From positions 1 through 35,862 of the forward strand of contig VFJJ01000097.1 in assembly GCA_009886115.1 (NCBI GenBank): DNA of 35,862 nt. Direction: 5' to 3'. How positions within the stretch are numbered: the first letter of the stretch is position 1; every line of letters begins with the position of its first letter. Under the pieces are notes generated by a model. It was given only the letters and a program-made list of their open reading frames with translations, was not told the origin of the DNA and ran no database searches. This document shows, one piece after another, positions 1 through 7,429 of the stretch. This stretch comes from Actinomycetota bacterium (GTDB lineage: Bacteria; Actinomycetota; Acidimicrobiia; IMCC26256; VFJJ01). The translations under genes were made by a program, and so were the position numbers.

Positions 1-1
1 C

Positions 2-265
2 ATGCCCACAAGCAAACGCGAGAAGCCGAGCGTCTCGCCGTCCGATCTCGCCGACCGGCTCGAACCCCTCGGAGAACTCCGAGCCAAAGCTCTCCTCCGC
101 CACACCTTCGGCGACCTCCCCGACGCCAGCGACGTCCTCGAACGCCTCGCCCAAGCCCTCCGCCAACTCGACGACACCAGGCCCGAGGACGTGGTGGATG
201 GCCCGACCCCAAGGCCGGTCGGTCCGACGGCCAAGCGAGTCCGCAAGAGCGCGGGTGCCCGGTAA
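2..265 (+). CDS. Small hypothetical protein, probably terminal cargo of the integrated element (may be 5'-truncated)
   Basis: 87-aa ORF with helical core and basic tail, on the element side of the tRNA junction; no family recognised. Confidence 0.35.
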   Translation: MPTSKREKPSVSPSDLADRLEPLGELRAKALLRHTFGDLPDASDVLERLAQALRQLDDTRPEDVVDGPTPRPVGPTAKRVRKSAGAR

Positions 266-312
266 GCCGCGCGGCGCCGGACGGGCCCGGCTCGGCGACG
301 CCAGGAGGCCGG

Positions 313-355
313 CGTGACCTAACCGTGACCTAACGAAACGGAACTGGGGGTCACG
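313..355. repeat. Tandem direct repeat CGTGACCTAAC x2 (313-323, 324-334) plus inverted partial copy GGTCACG (349-355); candidate integrase arm-type sites
   Basis: Repeats read directly; function inferred from position near the truncated tRNA. Confidence 0.6.
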
Positions 356-388
356 AGACGGTACGGGCCAACACGGGGCGGACGCTCT

Positions 389-418
389 GACCAGCACTTT
401 CGCGGTTCGGTGCTGGTC
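389..418. repeat. Inverted repeat GACCAGCAC-N12-GTGCTGGTC next to the att junction
   Basis: Perfect 9-bp arms at 389-397 and 410-418. Confidence 0.7.
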
Positions 419-433
419 GCGAAACCCCCGTGG

Positions 434-476
434 CTCAGCTTGGGAAGCTGATGTTCTACCGCTGAACTACACCCGC
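434..476 (-). pseudogene. 5' half of tRNA-Gly(CCC), truncated after the anticodon arm
   Basis: Minus strand GCGGGTG TA GTTC AGCGGTA GAAC A TCAGC TTCCCAA GCTGA G gives the 5' acceptor strand, D arm and anticodon arm (CCC at 442-444); no TTCGA T-loop and no adjacent CACCCGC-T-CCA follow. Confidence 0.88.
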
Positions 477-488
477 GTAGACCTTCGT

Positions 489-497
489 ACGCTAGCA
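489..497 (-). promoter_or_regulatory. Extended -10 promoter (TGcTAGCGT) of the tRNA-Gly gene
   Basis: TGn-TANNNT 12 nt upstream of the mature tRNA 5' end. Confidence 0.5.
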
Positions 498-570
498 AAC
501 GGCCGATTCGGCTGCGGTCTCGACTGGCAGGGTCGCCGCGCCGGGGGCGGCGAGTGAGCAGAATCGGTGG

Positions 571-1002
571 GTGCATGCGCGACCGATCGAGCCGGGGCTG
601 TTCCGCATCGGCGATCCCGAGGCCGAGGCGCCCGACATCGCGCTCATCGGGGGGTGGTCGCCGGCGAGCGGGCTGGCGCACTTCCCGCTGCTCGACACGT
701 GTCCGTACACGGGAGTCGCCGACGTGGAGGAGCGCGAGCTCAGCACTCGGGGGACGCTGTGGGGGTGGACGGCCGTCACGGCGCCGCCGCCGGGATACCG
801 GGGTCAGGTCCCGTACGGGTTCGGGATCGTCGAGCTCCCGGAGGGGCTGCGCGTGCTGGGGCGCATCACCGAGAGCGACCCGTCCCGGCTGAGCTTCGGC
901 CAGCCCATGCACCTCGTCGCCGACGCGCTGTTCACCGACGGCGACTCCGGCGAGACGGTGATCACCTGGGCGTTCGCGCCCGACACCGAGACCGCGTCGT
1001 GA
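571..1002 (+). CDS. DUF35/ChsH2-like OB-fold protein (thiolase partner) with degenerate Zn ribbon
   Basis: GTLWGWTAV...PYGFGIVELPEGLRVLGRI...GQPM OB-fold pattern; GTGA overlap with thiolase. Confidence 0.85.
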   Translation: MHARPIEPGLFRIGDPEAEAPDIALIGGWSPASGLAHFPLLDTCPYTGVADVEERELSTRGTLWGWTAVTAPPPGYRGQVPYGFGIVELPEGLRVLGRITESDPSRLSFGQPMHLVADALFTDGDSGETVITWAFAPDTETAS

Positions 1003-2195
1003 GCGCAGGGAGCGCAGGGAGCGCAGGGAGCGCGGTCGAGATCGCCGGCGTCGGCCTGCACCCGTTCGGCCGTTTCGACGGGAAGTCCGTCACCCGCATG
1101 GGCGTCGAGGCCGTTCGCGGCGCACTCGGCGACGCCGGGCTGGATGGCGGCAGCCCCTCGCACCCCCCGTTCCAGGCGGCCTTCTGTGCGACGGCCTACG
1201 GCGGCGTGGCGGCCGGCCACAAGGTGCTCGGCGCCTTGGCGCTCACCGGGATGCCGATCGTCGACATCGAAGCCGGATGCGCATCCGGGGGCGCGGCCAT
1301 CCAGCTCGCAGCCGGTGCCATCGCTGCGGGCCAGTTCGACTGCGTGCTCGTGTTCGGGATCGAGAAGATGCCCAAGGGAATCATCCGGTCCTCGTTCTTC
1401 GAGCCGTGGCGCGAGGAGGCGGGCCTGGCCGCCACGCCGAGCTACTTCGCGCTCAGGGCTCAGCGGCTGATGCGCGAGCGCGGCGTGACCAAGGCCGACC
1501 TGGCCGAGGTCGTGGTGAAGAACCGCCGTCACGGCGTGCACAACCCGAACGCCATGTTCCGCAAGGAGGTGAGCGCCGACGAGGTGCTCGCCAGTCGCGT
1601 GGTCTGCGAGCCGCTGCATCTCTGGATGCTGTGCAGCCCCAACGAGGGCGCCGCCGCGGTGGTGCTGAGAGCAGCTCGACCGAACGGCAACGGTGCCAGC
1701 GTGCATCGACCGACCGTCACCCTCCGGTCCGCGGCACTGCGGAGCCACCTGCCCGGGAGCGTCCTGGGCGAGGCCACTCCCATGAGTGGTATCGACGATT
1801 CCGCCATCCCGCCGCCGTCACGTCTCGCCGCCGACACCGCCTACGAGACGGCGGGTCTCGGCCCCGACGACGTCGATGTCGTGGAGTGCCAAGACACCGA
1901 TGCCGCCCGCGAGCTGATCTCCTACGAGGAGCTCCGTCTGTGCGCGCCGGGCGAGCAGGCCCGGCTCGTCGGCGACGGCAGCGCCAGCTTGGGTGGGCGA
2001 CGGCCTGTCAACCCGTCGGGCGGCCTGCTGTCGAAGGGCGAGCCGCTCGGTGCATCGGCGTTGGCTCAGGTCGTCGAGCTGGTCGAGCAGCTCCGGGGAA
2101 CCGCCGGTGCCCGCCAGGTCGCCAACGCCAAGGTGGGCTTGGCCCACACGGTCGGCCGAGGTGCCAACGCCTGCGTCATGATCGTCAGTCGCTGA
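999..2195 (+). CDS. Thiolase-superfamily protein (SCP2/lipid-transfer type)
   Basis: IAGVGLHPFG, EAGCASGG, KNRRHGVHNPNA, VNPSGGLLSKGEPLGAS, GARQV motifs; start at GTG 999 overlapping upstream TGA. Confidence 0.9.
   Translation: MSAGSAGSAGSAVEIAGVGLHPFGRFDGKSVTRMGVEAVRGALGDAGLDGGSPSHPPFQAAFCATAYGGVAAGHKVLGALALTGMPIVDIEAGCASGGAAIQLAAGAIAAGQFDCVLVFGIEKMPKGIIRSSFFEPWREEAGLAATPSYFALRAQRLMRERGVTKADLAEVVVKNRRHGVHNPNAMFRKEVSADEVLASRVVCEPLHLWMLCSPNEGAAAVVLRAARPNGNGASVHRPTVTLRSAALRSHLPGSVLGEATPMSGIDDSAIPPPSRLAADTAYETAGLGPDDVDVVECQDTDAARELISYEELRLCAPGEQARLVGDGSASLGGRRPVNPSGGLLSKGEPLGASALAQVVELVEQLRGTAGARQVANAKVGLAHTVGRGANACVMIVSR
1001..1033 (+). repeat. 9-bp tandem repeat GAGCGCAGG x3.7 at the thiolase N-terminus (SAG repeats)
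   Basis: Read directly. Confidence 0.9.
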
Positions 2196-2236
2196 ATGCG
2201 GCGCCCCGAGCGCCCCGAACGACCGGAGGCCGTCAG

Positions 2237-3442
2237 ATGACCCTGCCCCTCGAAGGCGTGAAGGTGCTCGAGCTCTCCGAGCACGGGTTCGTCCCGTCGG
2301 CATGCGCCGTGCTGGCCGACTGGGGCGCCGATGTCGTCAAGGCCGAGAAGCCCAGTGGCGACGCCATGCGCTTCATCATGGGCCAGGGCCTGGTCGTGAA
2401 CACCGGCGACTTCAACTTCATCAACGAGCTCGTGAACCGCAACAAGCGGGGGATCGCCCTCGATCTCAAGGTTCCCGAGGCCCGGCCGGTGTTCGAGAAG
2501 CTGGTGGCGTGGGCCGACGTGTTCGTCACCAACCAGCTCCCCGCTGTGCGCCGCAAGCTGAAGTTCGAGCCCGCCGACCTCTTCGCCGTCAACCCCCGCC
2601 TCGTGTACGCCAAGGGCCACGGGCAGGGCCAGAAGGGTCCCGATGCCGAGGCCGGCGGCTTCGACGCCGTGTCGTGGTTCGCCCGCGGAGGCGTGGCCCA
2701 CATGCTCTCGCCCGAGGACGGTCCGCTCGTGAGCCCCAGGCCGGCGTTGGGCGACATCCCCACGGGCGCCATGTTCGCCGGCGCCATCTCGGCCGCGCTG
2801 TTCCGGGCCAGCCGCACAGGCATCGGGGTGGTCGTCGACATCTCGCTGCTCGCGGGCGCGGTATGGACGCTGTCCCCCGACATCACCGCGGCCTCGCTGC
2901 TCGGTACCGACCCGCCGAGGAGCAGCGCCCGCGCCGTCCCGAGCCCCATGGTGGGCAGCTACCAGACGGCCGACCGCCGATACGTGCAACTCGTGATGAT
3001 CAACGGTGATCGCTATTGGCCCAACGCCACCAAGGCGCTGGGCCTGGAATCGCTGGGGGCCGATCCTCGCTACGCCACCGAGGCTGGCCGTGACGCCGAC
3101 AGCGAGGTGATCAAGGCCGCATTCCGCGAGGCCATCGCCACGAAACCCTTGGCGGAGCTGGTCGAGCGGCTCACCGCCGAGGGGTGCATCTTCGCCAAGT
3201 TCGCCAACACCGTCGAGGTGCTGGCCGATCCGATGGTGCTGGCCAATGGCTACGTTCCCCGCCATCCCGTCCATCCCACGGCTCGCCTCGCCGCGACGCC
3301 GGCGCAGTTCGACGACGAGCAGATCACGATCCGCAGAGGCGCCCCCGGCCTGGGAGAGCACACGGTGGAGGTGTTGCGCGAGCTCGGGCTGGCGAGCGCC
3401 GAGATCGACGGGCTCCGCGCCGCGGGCGCGATCGCCGGGTGA
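2237..3442 (+). CDS. Family III CoA-transferase (CaiB/BaiF-like)
   Basis: PLEGVKVLELS, LADWGADVVKAE, NRNKRGIALDLK, ADVFVTN, APGLGEHT; GGAGG at 2225-2229. Confidence 0.93.
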   Translation: MTLPLEGVKVLELSEHGFVPSACAVLADWGADVVKAEKPSGDAMRFIMGQGLVVNTGDFNFINELVNRNKRGIALDLKVPEARPVFEKLVAWADVFVTNQLPAVRRKLKFEPADLFAVNPRLVYAKGHGQGQKGPDAEAGGFDAVSWFARGGVAHMLSPEDGPLVSPRPALGDIPTGAMFAGAISAALFRASRTGIGVVVDISLLAGAVWTLSPDITAASLLGTDPPRSSARAVPSPMVGSYQTADRRYVQLVMINGDRYWPNATKALGLESLGADPRYATEAGRDADSEVIKAAFREAIATKPLAELVERLTAEGCIFAKFANTVEVLADPMVLANGYVPRHPVHPTARLAATPAQFDDEQITIRRGAPGLGEHTVEVLRELGLASAEIDGLRAAGAIAG

Positions 3443-3491
3443 GCCGACCCAACTGACCGGCTCGCCGGACCAACCACTAGCGTGCGGCCCC

Positions 3492-4064
3492 ATGATCCTG
3501 TCGGACCGGACGATCCGTGACGAGGTGGCCGCCGGGCGCATCGTGATCGATCCCTTCGAGGCCGATCTCGTGCAGCCGGCGAGCATCGACGTGCGTCTGG
3601 GCGGGCAGTTCCGGGTCATGCGCAACAGCCGTGTGACGCACATCGATCCGTTCATCGCCAACGACACCTTGATGGACGTCGTGGAGATGACCGACGCCGA
3701 GCGCTTCGTGCTCCACCCCGGCGAGTTCGCCCTGGGTCACACCGCCGAGACGTTCACGCTTCCCGACGATGTTGTGGGCGTCGTCAACGGGAAGAGTTCG
3801 TTGGGCCGACTCGGACTGCTGATCCATGCCACGGCCGGGTACATCGACCCGTGTTTCTCGGGAACGATCGTGCTGGAGCTGAGCAACGTGTCGACGTTGC
3901 CGATCCTGCTTCGGCCGGGCATGAAGGTTGCTCAGATCGTGTTCCAGCGCATGGATCGCTCCGCCGAACGGCCCTACGGCCATCCGGCGCTGGGCTCGAA
4001 GTACCAGGGCCAGAGTGGCGCCGTGGCCTCCCGCTACAGCGACAACGCCAGCCCCGACGTCTGA
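3492..4064 (+). CDS. dcd: dCTP deaminase
   Basis: MILSDRTIR, VQPASIDVRLG, GKSSLGRLGL, TAGYIDP, LELSN, SKYQGQ; TAGCGT 8 nt before ATG. Confidence 0.96.
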   Translation: MILSDRTIRDEVAAGRIVIDPFEADLVQPASIDVRLGGQFRVMRNSRVTHIDPFIANDTLMDVVEMTDAERFVLHPGEFALGHTAETFTLPDDVVGVVNGKSSLGRLGLLIHATAGYIDPCFSGTIVLELSNVSTLPILLRPGMKVAQIVFQRMDRSAERPYGHPALGSKYQGQSGAVASRYSDNASPDV

Positions 4065-4066
4065 GG

Positions 4067-4102
4067 CTCGAGCGGCGCCGCGCTCGGCGCGCTCCGCTCG
4101 AG
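4067..4102. terminator. GC-rich hairpin between convergent dcd and TauE genes
   Basis: CTCGAGCGG-CGCCG / CGGCG-(4-nt bulge)-CCGCTCGAG; no U-tract. Confidence 0.45.
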
Positions 4103-4104
4103 GC

Positions 4105-4998
4105 TCACGCCACCAGCGCGGCACCCGAGCGGATCGCCATGGCGGTGGCCACCGTCATCACGACGGCCACGAACCATCGCGTCAGACGGGCGTTGTCGAC
4201 GCGATGCGCGACCCGGCCTCCCGCCAAGGCCCCACAGGCCGCCGCCGCGCCGAACACGAGGATCAGACCCCAGTCGAGGTCGAGGCCCCGAGCCTTGAGG
4301 GCGAACGCCCCTGACGTGTTGATGGCGATGATCAGCAGCGACGTGCCGACCGCCTCGCTCATCGACAGGCCGAGCAGCAACACCAACGCGGGGACGATCA
4401 CGAAGCCGCCACCGACCCCGAAGAAGCCGGTCATGAGCCCGACGCCGATGCCTGCAGCGGCGATGCGGACCCGGAAGGCGAGCGAGACCTCGGGACGGTC
4501 GGGACGGTCGAGACGGTCGGGACGGTCGAGACGGTCGAGGAGCGCGACACCCGGCCGAGCTCCGGCACCGTGCGATCTCGCGCTCTGGGGTGGGGCATCG
4601 GGAACGGTTGACGCGGTCGAGCTGACGGGAACGCACGAACGGCTCCGGCGGGCGAGCGTCATCGCCGCCGCGACCATCACGAACGAGAACGCCAGCATCA
4701 GCACGTCGGCGTCGAGACGCTGCCCGAGCGAATTGCCCGCCACCGAGCCGGCCACGCCGACGAAGCCGAACGGCACGGCGACGTCGCGCCGGACCCGCCG
4801 GGCGGTCCAATGGGGTCGCAAGGCGATGACGGCCGTCACGAACACGACCACCAGTGAGGATGCCGTAGCGGCCTTCGGCGACTCGCCGGCCACGTACACG
4901 AGCACCGGTACGGCGAGGATCGATCCTCCGGCCCCGACCGATCCGAGCGACGCTCCGATCAGCAGTCCAAAGCCCACGAGCAGCGCCACCACGATCAT
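4105..4998 (-). CDS. Sulfite exporter TauE/SafE family membrane protein
   Basis: GSVGAGGSILAVP and GFFGVGGGFVIVPAL motifs, AVGTSL, multiple TM segments; GGGAG before ATG 4998. Confidence 0.9.
   Translation of the reverse strand: MIVVALLVGFGLLIGASLGSVGAGGSILAVPVLVYVAGESPKAATASSLVVVFVTAVIALRPHWTARRVRRDVAVPFGFVGVAGSVAGNSLGQRLDADVLMLAFSFVMVAAAMTLARRSRSCVPVSSTASTVPDAPPQSARSHGAGARPGVALLDRLDRPDRLDRPDRPEVSLAFRVRIAAAGIGVGLMTGFFGVGGGFVIVPALVLLLGLSMSEAVGTSLLIIAINTSGAFALKARGLDLDWGLILVFGAAAACGALAGGRVAHRVDNARLTRWFVAVVMTVATAMAIRSGAALVA
4490..4539. repeat. 9-bp tandem repeat TCG(G/A)GACGG x5.5 encoding DR[L/P] repeats in the central loop of TauE
   Basis: Read directly. Confidence 0.9.
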
Positions 4999-5068
4999 CG
5001 GACCGCTCCCGGTGCTCGTGGTCCGACACGATGGTGGCTCGGGCCTCGCGCCCACGAACGCTCAGAGT

Positions 5069-5113
5069 TGTCCATATGTACGGACATTATCGACGTCGGG
5101 CGGCTCCGTCTGA
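5069..5113 (-). promoter_or_regulatory. Sigma28/WhiG-like promoter (TCAG-N15-GTCGATAA) followed by operator-like TGTCC-N8-GGACA, upstream of TauE
   Basis: -35 at 5113-5110, -10 at 5094-5087, inverted repeat 5069-5086; compared with TAAA-N15-GCCGATAA. Confidence 0.4.
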
Positions 5114-5173
5114 ATCGAGCCTCGACGCTTCTGCCCGCTTTGTCGCCAGCCGATCGGCTCGTGGACGCTCGTG

Positions 5174-6730
5174 TCAGACGGGCTTGCGATCGAAGCGGGG
5201 CGACAGTGCCCGAGCCGCCGTCGGGCAGACCCCGAGCACGGCTCCGTAGGCCAGGTGGGGGCCCCACACGGCGATGGCGGGAACGCCGAGATCGGCCAAC
5301 GACCCGCTCTCGCGCAAGAAGCGCCCGTAGGCGACCCACTCGGCCCGGGCGCGCCGGCCCCGACGGGTGAGTGCGAAGCCGGCAGCGAGTCCGGCACCGA
5401 TGGCCAGCACCGGACCGGCGATGAGCGCCACGACCGCCACGGTGCTGCGCCCCCCGCTGCCCACGAGGGCGGTGACGCCCATCACCACCGCGGCAACCAG
5501 CAGCACCACGGGGGAGAAGGCCGGCGTCGTCAGCCCGTCGCCGCGGGCCCGCTTGTGCATGGCCCGCCGCATGGGACGAACGAAGGGGTGAGGGCCGTCG
5601 CTCCACAGGGGTGGGCCGGTGAGCATGACCTCGGCCGCGGCCTGACCCTGCGGGCGCAGCGCCGTCAGGAGCAGGCGCTCGAATTCGTCGACACCCGAGG
5701 TGGAGGCCGGGATGCGGAGGGTGAAGCGCTCCGAGTCGATCCCGTCGATACGGATCTCGCGCCGGGCGGCAAGGCCCAGGAGGGTCCCGGCGACCACCGA
5801 GCGTTCACCGCCTCCGCTCGTACCCACGAGCATCCCGACAACCGCCGGCGGCAGCGCGGACGGGGGCTCGTGGATCTCGTCCGGGACCCCGGCTGCTGCT
5901 CCCGCCTGTTCGGCCGCGGCCCGTCTCCAGCGCGGGACGAGCCATGTCAGGAGCAGCCCGAGCCACGCGCTCAGCAGCACGGCCGCGACGAGTTGCCTCA
6001 CTGGTGTGTAGTCGTCGGGTTCGCCGTCTTCGAGCGGACCTTCGGTCAGCTCGGCGCGTCGAGCGTCGAACGCGTCGTCGACCGTCCCCGCGACCACGGG
6101 GGCCGACGGCACCGCGCTCGAGGTGAGCTCGGCCAGCATGGTGGCGTCGCGCCAGGGAAACCCGGCTGCGGTGAACCGGACGGCCGCACCATCAGCACCG
6201 CTGGCGATGATGCGCTCGGCGCGGATGTCATGCAGCGGCGGGACGATGAATCGGTGGTCCCAGGACCCCGAGTCGTCGTACCACGACAGCACACCCTGGA
6301 CCTCGGTGTCGCCCAGGCCGGTGTAGGAGATCAGGCTCGGGTACATGCCGAGCTCGACGAGCGCACCGTCTTCGAAGCGGCGGACGGCCCCGGCCACCTC
6401 ATAGCTGATCGAGGCCGTCCCCTGGAACACGCCGACCGGGCCGTTCGAGAAGTCGGAGACGGCCACGGGGACGCCGTCGACGCGCACCTGCTGGGCGTCC
6501 GCTGGCAGATCGAAGCCGAGATCACGCTCCTCGTCGTCGCGGAACTCCAACCTGAGCTCAACCGCCACCACACCGTCGGGCTGCACCGCCCCTCGCCACA
6601 CGATGCGACGGAGATCGTCGCTCGTGTCGGTGATCACCGGGGTGGGCTCGAGCACCGCGCCCCACGCCTGCACCACGAGCAGCGCCAGGATCGCCAGCAA
6701 CGGCACGACGAGGAAGCGACCGGGGCGCAC
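5174..6730 (-). CDS. DUF2207-like membrane protein
   Basis: Signal/TM N-terminus, EPPSALPPAVVGML, TLLGLAARREIRI, TRRGRRARAEWVAYGRFL, WGPHLAYGAVLGV. Confidence 0.75.
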   Translation of the reverse strand: MRPGRFLVVPLLAILALLVVQAWGAVLEPTPVITDTSDDLRRIVWRGAVQPDGVVAVELRLEFRDDEERDLGFDLPADAQQVRVDGVPVAVSDFSNGPVGVFQGTASISYEVAGAVRRFEDGALVELGMYPSLISYTGLGDTEVQGVLSWYDDSGSWDHRFIVPPLHDIRAERIIASGADGAAVRFTAAGFPWRDATMLAELTSSAVPSAPVVAGTVDDAFDARRAELTEGPLEDGEPDDYTPVRQLVAAVLLSAWLGLLLTWLVPRWRRAAAEQAGAAAGVPDEIHEPPSALPPAVVGMLVGTSGGGERSVVAGTLLGLAARREIRIDGIDSERFTLRIPASTSGVDEFERLLLTALRPQGQAAAEVMLTGPPLWSDGPHPFVRPMRRAMHKRARGDGLTTPAFSPVVLLVAAVVMGVTALVGSGGRSTVAVVALIAGPVLAIGAGLAAGFALTRRGRRARAEWVAYGRFLRESGSLADLGVPAIAVWGPHLAYGAVLGVCPTAARALSPRFDRKPV

Positions 6731-6742
6731 GGACAGTCCGGC

Positions 6743-7429
6743 TCACACCACGATGGCGACGACGGTGCCGTCGAGTCGGGCACGCACCTCGAAGCTCTTC
6801 ACCGGCGAAGACACCCCGAGCTGCCAGGCCAGGCCGGAGTCGTCGAACACTCCGAAGTCGAGCGTGACGTCGAGAACCTCGGCGCCGGGCGCGCGCAGTT
6901 GGATCTCGTCGATGAGCGCCGCGGGAGCTTCGAGATCGACCCCGTCGAGCCCGAACCATGGGCCGTCTTCCGGTCGGGGCGTGCTCGGCGCCGAAAGCCC
7001 GGTCTCGAGGTCCCAGTCGTGGTCGACGAGTCGTGAGGCCCCGGGGGCTGCGCGCACGGCGAACTCGATACCGAACGACGTGACCGACAGCTCGACCAGC
7101 TCGACATCGTCGCCGTACGCCGCCACGAGATCACGCACCGCCTGCTCCAGATCGGCAACGTCGAGTTCGGTGTCCACCACCGTGGCATCGTCACCCAGCC
7201 CGAGGTCGGGCAGCGCCGCGAGCTGCGCCGAATCCTGGGGTCGAGGTGGACGGGGCACCGTGGTCGGTGAACCGACCCCGATGTCAGCCTCCGCGATCGT
7301 CGGCAGAGACGTGTCGAAGGTGTCAGCACAGCCAGCCACGACGGTCGACACGACGATCGCCATGGCGACCGCCGCCACGACCCCCGGCACCCGCCTCGTC
7401 GGCTGCTGCAGCCGGTGCACGCACGTCAC
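6743..7429 (-). CDS. Hypothetical lipoprotein
   Basis: Hydrophobic signal with lipobox VAGC, acidic mature part; GTG 7429 overlaps upstream TGA; start uncertain. Confidence 0.65.
   Translation of the reverse strand: MTCVHRLQQPTRRVPGVVAAVAMAIVVSTVVAGCADTFDTSLPTIAEADIGVGSPTTVPRPPRPQDSAQLAALPDLGLGDDATVVDTELDVADLEQAVRDLVAAYGDDVELVELSVTSFGIEFAVRAAPGASRLVDHDWDLETGLSAPSTPRPEDGPWFGLDGVDLEAPAALIDEIQLRAPGAEVLDVTLDFGVFDDSGLAWQLGVSSPVKSFEVRARLDGTVVAIVV

Larger units (their letters stand above)
1..434. mobile_element. End (att junction) of a putative integrative element inserted in tRNA-Gly(CCC); element continues beyond the left edge
   Basis: tRNA sequence stops right after the anticodon arm; tandem 11-bp repeats and an inverted repeat follow within about 120 bp, a layout typical of tyrosine-integrase att arms; no integrase in window. 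Confidence 0.55.

Noticed and set aside
251..290. CACCCGC on the minus strand (257-251) as a displaced 3' acceptor strand, implying an intron-split tRNA-Gly
   Set aside because: No T arm with a TTCRA loop before it and no T-CCA after it; a GC-rich 7-mer inside an ORF is expected by chance
567..998. N-terminal extensions in the ORF track (567-2195, 1277-3442, 3246-4064, 9734-10888, 19415-21058, 31487-32818, 33342-35540) read as fusions
   Set aside because: Extensions are Arg/Pro-rich off-frame translations; RBS, overlap or -10 evidence places the starts downstream
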